Below are positions 9,706 through 22,396 of a stretch of DNA of 64,000 bases, one piece after another; position 1 is the stretch's first letter; each line of letters begins with the position of its first letter. The notes beneath the pieces are model-generated. The model did no database searches. It had not been told where the DNA came from and worked only from the letters and a program-made list of their open reading frames with translations. A program made the position numbers and the translations under genes. This DNA is from Octopus sinensis (Eukaryota). The stretch is taken from contig NC_043023.1 in the NCBI RefSeq assembly GCF_006345805.1, positions 15,996,001 to 16,060,000 on the forward strand, read 5' to 3'.

Positions 9706-12700
9706 TAAGAATTGTTTCTCTATTATATATTTTAACCCTTTTGTTACCATATTCTGTCAAGATGCTCTGTGTTTCTTTCAATTAATTTTAAATATAACAA
9801 AGAATTTAGTTAAATAACTTAGTCATCATTAAGCTAGTGTTAGGAACATAAATTGTGACTAAGGTTTGGTGGAAGATTTTAATTCAAAACTTATGAAAAC
9901 AAGACATTTGTACTACAGAGCCAGAGGTGGTTTCAGCTGGGTTGGTATCAAAAGGGTTAAGAATTGTTTCTCTATTATATATTTTAACCCTTTTGTTACC
10001 ATATTCTGTCAAGATGCTCTGTGTTTCTTTCAATTAATTTTAAATATAACAAAGAATTTAGTTAAATAACTTAGTCATCATTAAGCTAGTGTTAGGAACA
10101 TAAATTGTGACTAAGGTTTGGTGGAAGATTTTAATTCAAAACTTATGAAAACAAGACATTTGTACTACAGAGCCAGAGGTGGTTTCAGCTGGGTTGGTAT
10201 CAAAAGGGTTAAGAATTGTTTCTCTATTATATATTTTAACCCTTTTGTTACCATATTCTGTCAAGATGCTCTGTGTTTCTTTCAATTAATTTTAAATATA
10301 ACAAAGAATTTAGTAAAATAACTTAGTTGTCATTAAGCTAGTGTTAGGAACATAAATTGTGACTAAGGTTTGGTGGAAGATTTTAATTCAAAACTTATGA
10401 AAACAAGACATTTGTACTACAGAGCCAGAGGTGGTTTCAGCTGGGTTGGTATCAAAAGGGTTAAGAATTGTTTCTCTATTATATATTTTAACCCTTTTGT
10501 TACCATATTCTGTCAAGATGCTCTGTGTTTCTTTCAATTAATTTTAAATATAACAAAGAATTTAGTAAAATAACTTAGTTGTCATTAAGCTAGTGTTAGG
10601 AACATAAATTGTGACTAAGGTTTGGTGGAAGATTTTAATTCAAAACTTATGAAAACAAGACATTTGTACTACAGAGCCAGAGGTGGTATCAAAAGGGTTA
10701 AGAATTGTTTCTCTATTATATATTTTAACCCTTTTGTTACCATATTCTGTCAAGATGCTCTGTGTTTCTTTCAATTAATTTTAAATATAACAAAGAATTT
10801 AGTAAAATAACTTAGTTGTCATTAAGCTAGTGTTAGGAACATAAATTGTGACTAAGGTTTGGTGGAAGATTTTAATTCAAAACTTATGAAAACAAGACAT
10901 TTGTACTACAGAGCCAGAGGTGGTTTCAGCTGGGTTGGTATCAAAAGGGTTAAGAATTGTTTCTCTATTATATATTTTAACCCTTTTGTTACCATATTCT
11001 GTCAAGATGCTCTGTGTTTCTTTCAATTAATTTTAAATATAACAAAGAATTTAGTAAAATAACTTAGTTGTCATTAAGCTAGTGTTAGGAACATAAATTG
11101 TGACTAAGGTTTGGTGGAAGATTTTAATTCAAAACTTATGAAAACAAGACATTTGTACTACAGAGCCAGAGGTGGTTTCAGCTGGGTTGGTATCAAAAGG
11201 GTTAAGAATTGTTTCTCTATTATATATTTTAACCCTTTTGTTACCATATTCTGTCAAGATGCTCTGTGTTTCTTTCAATTAATTTTAAATATAACAAAGA
11301 ATTTAGTAAAATAACTTAGTTGTCATTAAGCTAGTGTTAGGAACATAAATTGTGACTAAGGTTTGGTGGAAGATTTTAATTCAAAACTTATGAAAACAAG
11401 ACATTTGTACTACAGAGCCAGAGGTGGTTTCAGCTGGGTTGGTATCAAAAGGGTTAAGAATTGTTTCTCTATTATATATTTTAACCCTTTTGTTACCATA
11501 TTCTGTCAAGATGCTCTGTGTTTCTTTCAATTAATTTTAAATATAACAAAGAATTTAGTAAAATAACTTAGTTGTCATTAAGCTAGTGTTAGGAACATAA
11601 ATTGTGACTAAGGTTTGGTGGAAGATTTTAATTCAAAACTTATGAAAACAAGACATTTGTACTACAGAGCCAGAGGTGGTTTCAGCTGGGTTGGTATCAA
11701 AAGGGTTAAGAATTGTTTCTCTATTATATATTTTAACCCTTTTGTTACCATATTCTGTCAAGATGCTCTGTGTTTCTTTCAATTAATTTTAAATATAACA
11801 AAGAATTTAGTTAAATAACTTAGTCATCATTAAGCTAGTGTTAGGAACATAAATTGTGACTAAGGTTTGGTGGAAGATTTTAATTCAAAACTTATGAAAA
11901 CAAGACATTTGTACTACAGAGCCAGAGGTGGTTTCAGCTGGGTTGGTATCAAAAGGGTTAAGAATTGTTTCTCTATTATATATTTTAACCCTTTTGTTAC
12001 CATATTCTGTCAAGATGCTCTGTGTTTCTTTCAATTAATTTTAATATAACAAAGAATTTAGTAAAATAACTTAGTTGTCATTAAGCTAGTGTTAGGAACA
12101 TAAATTGTGACTAAGGTTTGGTGGAAGATTTTAATTCAGAACTTATGAAAACAAGACATTTGTACCACAGAGCCAGAGGTGGTTTCAGCCAGGTTGGTAT
12201 CAAAAGGGTTAAGAATTGTTTCTCTATTATATATTTTAACCCTTTTCTTACCATATTTCTGTTGAGATGTTCTGTGTTTCTTTCAATTATTATGTGGATG
12301 TGTGAGTGTGTGTTCATGGCCAGGGGTGCACACCCTGCCCCATTAATCTAAATCTAATCTTTCTCTCAAAGGTTGTATTCGCTATATTTTATCGCTTTAA
12401 CCCCCTCGTTACCATATTTCTGTTGAGATATTCTGTGTTTCTTTCAATTAATTTTAAATATAGCAAAGAATTTAATAAAATAACTTTGTTATCATTAAGC
12501 TGGTGTTAGGAACATAAATTGTGACTAAGGTTTGGTGGAAGATTTTAATTCAAAACTTATGGAAACAAAACATTTGTACTACAGGGTCAGAGGTGCTTTC
12601 AGCCAGGTTGGTATCAAAAGGGTTAAGAATTGTTTCCTTATTATATATTTTTAAGCCTTTTGTTACTATATTTCAGTTGTGATGCTCTGTGTTTCTTTCA

Positions 12701-12795
12701 ATTATTTTAAATATTACAAAGAATTTAGTAAAATAACTTAGTCATCATTCAGCTAGTGTTAGGAACATAAATTGTGACTAAGGTTTGGTAGATTT
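9706..12795 (+). repeat. 252-bp tandem array; unit = TTAA-flanked MITE plus ~23-bp spacer; about 12 units
   Basis: Identical ORF artefacts recur at 9866, 10118, 10370, 10622, 10859 (after a 15-bp deletion), 11111, 11363, 11615, 11867 and 12118. TIRs CCCTTTTGTTACC / GGTATCAAAAGGG. Confidence 0.95.
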
Positions 12796-13239
12796 TAATT
12801 TTTATTTTTACAACATCCTTTTAAGTTTTTAAAAAGACTATTTTTCATTTTTTTTTTGTTGCATTTAAATAGTGTACTTGAAACAATCACCATCATCATT
12901 TAATGTCCACTTTCCATGGGTTGGACAGTTTGATTGAAAGCTGGTAACCCAGATTGGTTTCTACGGCTAGATGCTCTTCCTAATGCCAACCACTCCAAGG
13001 GTGCTGTTTAAATGCCACTGACCCGACACCAGCATCAACCACAACTATGATCTCACCTGGCTTGATGTGTGTGTGTGTATGTATAAATCCTTAAAAATGT
13101 TTTAGCCCGAAGGCCGTGCCCATGCTGGGGCACCACCGCTGGTATATATATTAGAAGAAATGAGGTATTCAGAAATCTGGATGGTTTTATATTTACCGAT
13201 ATTTATTAGTATGTTACATGTTTTTATACATCATATAAA

Positions 13240-13670
13240 AGGTGCAGGAGTGGCTGTGTGGTAAGTAGCTTGTTTACCAACCACATGGTTCCGGGTTCTG
13301 TCCCACTGCATGGCACCTTGGGCAAGTGTCTTCTGCTATAGCCTCGGGCCGACCAATGCCTTGTGAGTGGATTTGGTTGACGGAAACTGAAGAAGCCCAT
13401 CGTATATAGGTGCAGGAGTGGCTGTGTGGTAAGTAGCTTGTTTACCAACCACATGGTTCCGGGTTCAGTCCCACTGCATGGCACACTTGGGCAAGTGTCT
13501 TCTGCTATAGCCTCGGGCCGACCAATGCCTTGTGAGTGGATTTGGTTGACGGAAACTGAAAGAAGCCCATCGTATATAGGTGCAGGAGTGGCTGTGTGGT
13601 AAGTAGCTTGCTTACCAACCACATGGTTCCGGGTTCAGTCCCACTGCGTGGTTCTGGGTTCAGTCCCACT
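13240..13670 (+). mobile_element. SINE family A head region in tandem (~169 bp x 2.5)
   Basis: GGTGCAGGAGTGG recurs at 13241, 13409 and 13579. Confidence 0.85.
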
Positions 13671-14152
13671 ACATAAGCACAGTATATCACCAAAGGTCTC
13701 AGTCACCTGCCACTGTTTCAACAAGGCCCAATGCTCAGTGCTTGTTATGTGCCAGAGAGGCATGGATGCCAGTCAGAAGGCGCTGGCATCATGTTATAAT
13801 TTGCTAAATTTAGAATTAATCTGAATGCAACAAAGTCAGGTACATATTTTAATTGCATCTATTTGTGGCACTGTTAGGTTAAGAAATATGCTGAGTATTT
13901 TAATTAAACAGTAAGCACTAAGAGATTAATTACAGCATGTGTGAATCATCATCATCATCTCCATCATTTAGCATCCGTTTTCCATGCTGGCATGGGTTGG
14001 ACGGTTCAACTGGGGTCTGGGAAGCGCGAAGGCTGCACCAGGCCAATCAGTCCCACTGTATGGCATCTTGGGCAAGTGTCTTCTACTATAGCCTCGGGCC
14101 GACCAAAGCCTTGTGAGTGGATTTGGTAGACGGAAACTGAAGGAAGCCTGTT

Positions 14153-14222
14153 GTATATATATATATATATATATATAAGTATATATATATATATAAGTAT
14201 ATATATATATATATATATATAG

Positions 14223-14253
<31 letters not shown>

Positions 14254-14275
14254 GTATATATATGTAATATATATG

Positions 14276-14363
<88 letters not shown>

Positions 14364-14445
14364 GTATTTAAAAATATCTATGCATATATATGTATATAAA
14401 TATATATATGTATATATATGTATATAAATATATATATATATATAT
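14153..14445. repeat. Degenerate (TA)n microsatellite, about 290 bp
   Basis: Directly visible. Confidence 0.95.
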
Positions 14446-14672
14446 AAAACAATCAAAATGCCGGACATATTTTATAGTCTGTATAATGGAATGTGAAATC
14501 AAATACAAATGTGTGTGTGTGTGTATATATATCATTTTCATTTAGCGTCTAGCATGGAAAACGGACGCTAAATGAAAATGATGATATACACACACACACA
14601 CACACATTTGTATTTGATTTCACATTCCATTATACAGACTATAAAATATGTCCGGCATTCTGATTGTTTTTA
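14445..14672. repeat. Near-perfect palindrome, arms about 105 bp, spacer about 14 bp
   Basis: AAAACAATCAAAATGCCGGACAT...TTTAGCGTC is mirrored by GACGCTAAA...ATGTCCGGCATTCTGATTGTTTT. Confidence 0.9.
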
Positions 14673-14984
14673 CAGGAAATAATGGTGCCCCAGCATGGCC
14701 ATAGTCAAATAACTGAAACAAAATAAAAAATGAAAAAAATGCAACTAAGAACAAACAGTTTGGAAATTTTATATTTCAAAGTTTGAAAAATCAGTTTTAT
14801 TGATCAAAAATTACAGACTTTAGTTTTCTTCGAATGTTTAGATGTAATATTTACAATAAACCTCAGCTTTCAGCCAAGCAATAAAACATTTAAAATCAAA
14901 CCCCTTTTATGTTTTACCATTCAGTAATTAACCCTTTACAGATAGGAAGCAGTACCAGCTGCATTAAAATATATATTTCATTAC

Positions 14985-15607
14985 TGCCCACAAGGGGCTA
15001 AACACAGAGGAGATAAACAAGGATAGACAAAGATATAAAGTCGATTACATCGACCCCAGTGCGTAACTGGTACTTTATTTATCAACCCCTAAAGGATGAA
15101 AGACAAAGTCGACCTCGGCGGAATTTGAACTCAGAACGTAGCGCAGACGAAATACCTATTTCTTTATTATCCACAAGGGGCTAAACATAGAGGGGACAAA
15201 CAAGGTCAGGCAAACGGATTAAGTCGATTACATCGACCCCAGTGCGTAACTGGTACTTATTTAATTGACCCCAAAAGGATGAAAAGCAAAGTGGACCTCG
15301 GCGGAATTTGAACTCAGAATGTAAAGACAGACGAAATACAGCTTAGGTATTTCGCCTGGCGTGTTAACGATTCTTATTTCTTTATTGCCCACAAGGGGCT
15401 AAACATAGAGGGGACAAACAAGGACAGGCAAACGGATTAAGTTGATTACATCGACCCCAGTGCGAAACGGGTACTTAATTTATCAACCCCGAAAGGATGA
15501 AAGGCAAAGTCGACCTCGGTGGAATTTGAACTCAGAACGTACAGCAGATGAAATACCGCTAAGCATTTCGTCCGGCACACTAACGTTTCTGCCAGCTCAC
15601 CGCCTTC
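14985..15607 (-). mobile_element. Three tandem copies of tRNA-derived SINE family C
   Basis: Reverse complement of GGCGG.GAGCTGGCAGAA..GTTAG...GAGTTCAAATTCCGCCGAGGTCGACTTTGCCTTTCATCC; the central segment resembles the Deu/Nin-type SINE domain as recalled. Confidence 0.8.
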
Positions 15608-16040
15608 TGCTGTATAAAATAGTGTGAGTGTATGTGTGTATGAGAAGTGCAATGTCCCGCTCTGTGTTTTCAAGTATACCACATTGAAAAGAAACTGTAA
15701 TTACATTAAAATTCCTTGCATGAAAAATTATGGAGTTACTGGACAGCCTAGTTGAAGGGAAATCAAGGAGCGAGAAGGAAAGAGGGAGAAAAAATAAGGT
15801 AAGGAGAATGTAATACTTATGTGGTTAAAATGCTAATTGAAGGGAGCAATACAGAGAGAGGGTGTTAAAATACAATGTTTAGTAGAGGGTGGGGTGATGC
15901 TCTGTTGGCAAGGTTAAACAAAGGCAGAGATAAAGACGGATAGAGTAGAAAGAGAGATGGTGGTGGTGATGGTAGTGAATGAATAGCGGAAAATGTAGTT
16001 TTACTTTAATTGAACCAAATTTTTTTGGACAAAAGGGTGT

Positions 16041-16872
16041 TGTAAAAAGATACCTTGATGAATTCTCTGCCATGAGACCCCTTCAATTCTGGGAAGAGGG
16101 TATTTTTAAGTTAAAGGAAAGATGGAGACACATTGTGCAACAAAATGGTTCATATTTGGTTGATTAAAAATGTAATGGCAAGTATTTATTGACCTTTTTC
16201 TTTCCTTTAGAAATCAGCACTAACTTTCCAGACAACCCAATAGAAAGATTGATAACTCCCAGATGCTCGGCTGGGATGTGTTACCCCACCCTCCATATTC
16301 ACCAGATATTGCTCCTTCAGATTTCCACTTTTTCAGGTTTCTACAGAATAGTCTTAATGGTAAAAATTTCAATTCCTTGGATGACATATAAAAAGATACG
16401 TTGATGAATTCTTTGCCATGAAATCACCTCAATTCTGGGAAGAAGGTGTTTTCAAGTTAATGGAAAGATGGAGACACATTGTGCAGCAAAATGGCTTATA
16501 TTTGGTTGATTAAACATGTAATGGCAAGTATTTATTGACCTTTTTCTTTCCTTTAAGAATTGGCATGAACTTTCCAGACAACCCAATACCTGTATCTATA
16601 TATATTTTGAGTTAAATATCTACAAGAATATGAGAGTAGTAAAATTTACTGATAATGGAAAAAATTTAGCTAATGTTCCTTTGGGAACCAGACAAAAATT
16701 GCTGCAGCTCGGCTGGGATGTGTTACCTCACCCTCCATATTCACCAGATATTGTTCCTTCGGATTTCCACTTATTCAGGTTTCTACAGAATAGTCTTAAT
16801 GGTAAAAATTTCAATTCCTTGGATGACATATAAAAAGATACCTTGATGAATCCTTTGCCAAGAAACCACCTC
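16041..16872 (+). mobile_element. Three overlapping 3' fragments of one mariner family
   Basis: GWDVLPHPPYSPDI(A/V)PSDFH and KERWRHIVQQNGSYLVD*; the right end AACTTTCCAGACAACCCAATA occurs at about 16240 and 16588. Confidence 0.85.
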
Positions 16873-16900
16873 CCATCTTTATAAATTCACTATGGGGATG

Positions 16901-17358
16901 ATTTGAGCTAGATAACCATTCTCTGAACCTCCAGGGACATTAGAAATTACTTACAGGATTTCAGCTACAAGCAACAAAGAAAATATGCTTAATGACAAGA
17001 GGTGACTGAAATGATTACAGGTAAGATCACTACTATCAATTGCACGAGAGTCTGCCGCCAGGTAAGTTCACCAAGAAAATAGATCCATAGCACCTCCACT
17101 CAAACAGATCCTAGCTCTTTTATCCGAGATAAGGCAAGAGCTAGATAATCCTTCTCTGAACCTCCAGGGACATTAAAAATTATAGATAAGATTTCAGCCA
17201 CAAGCAACAAAGATAATATGCTTAATGATAAGAGGTGACTGAAATGATTACAGGTAAGATCACTACTATCAATTGCATCAGGTAAGTTCACCAAGAAAAT
17301 AAATCCATAAGCACCACCACTCAAACAGATTCTAGCTCTTTTATCTGAGATAAGACAA
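16901..17358. repeat. About 233-bp tandem duplication of unknown origin; third partial copy at 17881-17965
   Basis: GAGCTAGATAA..TTCTCTGAACCTCCAGGGACAT occurs at 16905, 17138 and about 17885. Confidence 0.75.
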
Positions 17359-17384
17359 ATCTATTCAGACTCAATATCAACAAA

Positions 17385-17852
17385 GCACCATCCGATCGTG
17401 GCCGTTTGGCACCTGTGCCGGTGGCATGTAAAAAGCACTGTCCGACCGTGGCCGTTTGCCAGCCTCTCCTGGCCCCCGTGCTGGTGGCACATAAAAAGCA
17501 CCATCCGATCATGGCCGTTTGCCAGGCTTGCCTGGCCCACGTGCCAGTGGCACGTAAAACGCACCATCCAATCGTGGCCGTTACCAGCCTCGCCTGACCT
17601 CCATGCCGGTGGCACATAAAAAGCACCATCCGATCATGGCCGTTTGCCAGTCCCATCTGGCACCTGTGCCGGTGGCATGTAAAAAGCACCCACTACACTC
17701 TCGGAGTGGTTGGCGTTAGGAAGGGCATCCAGCTGTAGAAACACTGCCAGATCAGATCAGGCCTGGTGCAGCCTTCTGGCTTCCCAGACCCCAGTTGAAC
17801 CATCCAACCCATGCTAGCATGGAAAGCGGACACTAAATGATGATGATGATGA
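17385..17852 (+). mobile_element. Family B element with about five ~60-bp internal repeats
   Basis: Same architecture as 5929-6292. Confidence 0.75.
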
Positions 17853-18376
17853 TCTGTTATAATCTGGATGGTCAGCGATTATTTGAGCTAGATAACCCTT
17901 CTCTGAACCTCCAGGGACATGAGAAATTATAGATAGGATTTCAGGTACAGGTAACAATGAAAGAAATTGGCACATAACGGAAGGTTGGCAATTAACAGTT
18001 TCAATACAAACCCGGCCGTAGCAGGCCAAGCAAACTTTTGGTGAGTGCGACAGTTGTCATGTGGTTGTGGTGGTGGGTGGGGGCAAAAACAGACACGCAT
18101 AGATGTCACCATCATCATACGTTTTCCATGCTGGCATGGGTTGAACAGTTTGACCAGAAGTGGTCAGCTGGAGAGCTGCACCAGCCCCCAGTCTGACTTT
18201 GGTTTGGTTTCTATGGCTGGGTGCCTCTTATGTGTCACTGGCACTTATATTTATATATATGACAGGCTTCTTTCAGTTTCCGTCTACCAAATCCGCTTGC
18301 AAGGTTTTGGTTGGCCTGAGGCTATAGTAGAAGGGACTTGCTCAAGGTGCCACACAGTGGAACTGAACTCAGAAAA

Positions 18377-18510
18377 GGGTGTTACATATTTAATATGCTG
18401 CGTACACCTTTTTCTGAACGCTATCGTGTACTGTTGCACTCACCAAAAAACTTCGTAGTCGACGTTAATGGTCAAAAAGAAACAATATCCATCGTCAGAA
18501 TAAAAGCTGC
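18377..18510 (+). mobile_element. Gypsy-type integrase C-terminal (GPY/F) relic
   Basis: LRTPFSERYRVLLHSPKNFVVDVNGQKETISIVRIKAA resembles the recalled pattern PY.GPYRV......F.I...G....VSIDRLKPA. Confidence 0.6.
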
Positions 18511-19351
18511 AGCTGAATCGAGGGCACGTTCAAGGTTCTCTCATAAAAAGCAACACGTAAAGAAGCCCCCTTCTATGGCAGTAGAAACTACAGTTTTCCA
18601 AGGAACTATATATGTGAAAATATTGTACTCAATTGAGTCCTTTAGAAGTGTAGTGACGCTATTTCGGAAGTTTTCAGCCCGCATACTTCTGGTAGGCCGC
18701 CGGAAGTTCCCTCGTGCGCATGCGCAGAGAACTGCCAACAGAAAGTTTCCCCGCTAGATCTGTCTTTTTAGAAGCTGCAGCCCTATCGAGTGGACACAAC
18801 TCAACCTTCTCTGAAAGAAAACCCAACACGTGAAGAAGCCCCCTTCTACACGGGAACAGAGACAGCATTTTTGCCTCACACAAGTTAACTATTGTGAATA
18901 GTTTTATGGCCTTGGTTACTGATTCGCCCTGAAGAAAAATATATGTGTATATATTTTTATTTGTGAATCCAGACCAAAATGAAATATTATTTATTGCTGT
19001 TGAAGATAGTCGAAGTTTTGATTTTCCTTTCGACACAATTGAATGTAACAGGATAAGACCGGCACCCCTCAAGGTTTCAGAGACCTTCATCCTGTTACAA
19101 AGGCTTTCTCAGAAAATCCCATATTCAAGAACATGACACACCACATATATTCACCCCTACACTAACCTCCCACGACCCTTTAGAACATTCCAAAATCTTC
19201 CAAATTAACTTCCAGATTATGTGGAAATCAGGGACCTCCAGTTGATCCCTCATCTACGGAGAAACGGTTCTAATTTTGCGCCACTCTTACCATCAGTTCC
19301 TCGACATGAATTGAGTCATGCCACTCACGTACACACCCGCCTCATTTAGGA

Positions 19352-19947
19352 GACGTAACGTGGGTTCATCATTATGACCCAGAATCAAAGAGGCAGTCAA
19401 TGGAATGGTGCCACTCTATGTGACCACCACCGAAAATGTCATTCTGGTCGATTTCTTGCCAAAAGGAAAAATAAGCTCTGAGGCCCCCATTAAGACCCTG
19501 ACACGGCTCAGAGCAAGAATCAGACAAATAAGACCCAACTTGCCAATCGACAATGTCCTTCTGCGTGACAATGCTCGACCACACACAAGCATCAGGACAA
19601 GAGAGGCAATCGCCTCATCCAGGTGGACAACTTTACCGCATCCTCCATACTCATACTCAACAGATTTAGCGCCTTCAGACTATACTATCATCTCTTCAGC
19701 CCCGTGAAAGAGGGTTTGAGAGGCAAGCATGATTCCAGTGACGAGGATGTGAAAACTGTGGTGAAGAAGTGGCTCAAAGAACAGTCAACAGAATTTTACT
19801 GGGCAGGGGTTACATGCTCTCACTCAAAGGTGGAACATCGCTATTGAGAGAAACGGTGACTACGTTGAGAAGTAGGGATGTGGTCATTTTGCTGTATGAA
19901 TCATGTTTCTGTGTTGGCAATTATACCTGTTAACTCACCCTTGTATA
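19352..19947 (+). mobile_element. Decayed mariner transposase, catalytic half, with right end
   Basis: GDVTWVHHYDPESKRQSMEW, DNARPH, LPHPPYS..DLAPSDY, RNGDYVEK*; terminal CTCACCCTTGTATA. Confidence 0.85.
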
Positions 19948-19974
19948 TTCTGCCTATATCAACATGTTTCGAGT

Positions 19975-20730
19975 TTTATGCAGACCTTTCCTTCTTGGGA
20001 CACAAAACTCTACTTGTGAAGACCTGTTGAGGCAAGTGGAAATCAAAATTGAAATCGATCAACATCAATGGAAATTGCAGCTGTGATACCAGTGCCGGTG
20101 GCACATAAGAGAACCAACCGAACGTGGCCATTGCCAGCCTTGCCTGGCCCCCTTGCCGGTGGCATGTAAAAAGCACCATCCGATCATGGCTATTGCCAGC
20201 CTCGCCTGGCCTCCGTGCAGGTGGTATGTAAAAAGCACCATCCGACCGTGGCCGTTTGCCAGCTGCGTCTGGCACCTGTGCCGGTGGCACGTAAAAAGCA
20301 CCATTTGATCATGGCCGTTGCCAGCCTCGCCTCGCCTCCACGCAGGTGGTATGTAAAAAGCACCATCCGACCGTGGCCGTTTGCCAGCTGCGTCTGGCAC
20401 CTGTGCCAGTGGAACGTAAAACGCACCATCCGATCATGGCCGGTGGCACATAAAAAGCACCATCCGACCGTGGCCGTTTGCCAGCCTCGCCTGGCCCCCG
20501 TGCCAGTGGAACGTAAAACGCACCATCCGATCATGGCCGTTTGCCAGCTTCGTCTGACCCCCGTGCCGGTGGCATGTAAAAAGCACCATTCGACCGTGGC
20601 CGTTTCCCAGCCCCATCTGGCGCCTGTGCCGGTGGAAAGTAAAAAGCACCCACTACACTCACGGTTGGCGTTAGGAAGGGCATCCAGCCATAGAAACATT
20701 GCCAGATCAGACTGAGCCTGGTGAAGCCTT
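19975..20730 (+). mobile_element. Family B element with about nine ~60-bp repeats, tail truncated
   Basis: GC-rich repeats followed by GGTTGGCGTTAGGAAGGGCATCC. Confidence 0.75.
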
Positions 20731-22396
20731 CTGTTGAAGATAGTCAAAGTTTTGATTTTCCTTTCGACATAATTGAATGTAACAGGATAAGGACCGGCAC
20801 CCCTCAAGGTTTCAGAGACCTTCATCCTGTTACAAAGGCTTTCTCAGAAAATCCCATATTCAAGAACATGACACACCACATATATTCACCCCTACACTAA
20901 CCTCCCACGACCCTTAGAACATTCCAAAATCTTCCAAATTAACTTCCAGATTATGTGGAAGTCAGGGACCTCCAGTTGATCCCTGATCTACGGAGAAACG
21001 GTTCTAATTTTGCGCCACTCTTACCATCAGTTCCTCGACATGAATTGAGTCATGCCACTCACATACACACCCGCCTCATTTAGGAGACGTAACATGTAGG
21101 TAATAAACAATAAGTGGACATTTAAAAAATATCATACTGGATTTCTCAGGAAACCTAACCAGATATTGAATAGAATATGAGTGTTCTTTACAACTATAAA
21201 TGTGGAAAACATTGTACTCAGTCGAGTTCTTTACAGGGTTGAGCTCAAATAGATTCCAATTACTGGTCCAGAAATAACAAAAGTGCCACCCGGGGCAGAC
21301 CACCCCCAGCTATGCTGGTGGTGAAATGTTGTCTTCTAAACTATACCCGTAGCATTCGGCAGTCTCTCAAAGCTAGACATGTTGTCTCTCAATGTTTAGA
21401 TGATAAACAATAAGTAGACATTTAAAAAAAATGATACTGGATTTCTCAGGAAACATAACCAGATATTGAATAGAATATGAGTTTACGATCTGTTCAAGAG
21501 ACGCTTGTTGTATAGTATGATCCAAATGAAGAATTAAAAAGGCAGTAGAAACTACTGTTTTCCAAGGAACTATATATGTGGTAAATATTGTACCCAATCG
21601 AGTTCCTTACGAGTGTAGTGACGCTATTTCGGAAGTTTTCAGCACACATGCACAGAGTTGGATTACTTCTGGTAGGCTGCCAGGAATTCCCTCGTGCGCA
21701 TGCGCAGAGAACTGCCAACAGAAAGTTTCCCTGCTAGATCTGTCTTTTTAGAAGCTGAAGCCCAATCGAGTGGACACAACTCAACCTTCTCTCAAAGAAA
21801 TCCCAACATTTAGAGAACCCCACTTCTACGCGGGAACGGAGACAGCATTTTTGGCTCACCCAAGTTAACTATTGTGAATAGTTTTATGGCCTTGGCTACA
21901 AGTTCGCCCTGAAGAAAAATATATGTGTATATATTTTTATTTGCGAATCCAGACCAAAATGAAATATTATTTATTGCTGTTGAAGATAGTCGAAGTTTTG
22001 ATTTTCCTTTCGACATAATTGAATGCAACAGGATAAGACCAACACCCCTCAAGTGTAGGTAATAAACAATAAGTAGACATTTAAAAAAAATGATACTGGA
22101 TTTCTCAGGAAACATAACCAGATATTGAAAAGAGTATGAGTTTACGATCTGTTTAAGAGACGCTTGTTGTATAGTATGATCCAAATGAAGAATTAAAAAG
22201 GCAGTAGAAACTACTCTTTTGCAAGGAACTATATATGTGGTAAACGTATTCAATCTAGTTCCTTATGAGTATAATAATGACTGGGTCTGGTTGTTTTAAG
22301 CATAAAAAATCCTTAGAAATCTCAATATACCAAATTGGCGCAAATGACCGATTTCTAGAAAAAAATGTTTCAGAGCGAATTTATCAACTTTTTAAC

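Larger units (their letters stand above)
18575..22260 (+). repeat. Mosaic of direct segmental duplications
   Basis: 18990-19360 matches 20733-21092; 18578-19075 matches 21541-22052; an ~80-200-bp block recurs near 21100, 21400 and 22060. Confidence 0.8.

Noticed and set aside
9599-12351. Repeated 67-aa ORF, and a CRISPR-like look of the arrays
   Set aside because: The ORF is a MITE translation. The arrays have identical units with no variable spacers, there are no cas genes, and the context is eukaryotic.
18575-22260. Paired LTRs of a complete Gypsy element
   Set aside because: No TG...CA ends, PBS, PPT or TSD could be placed; reported only as duplications.
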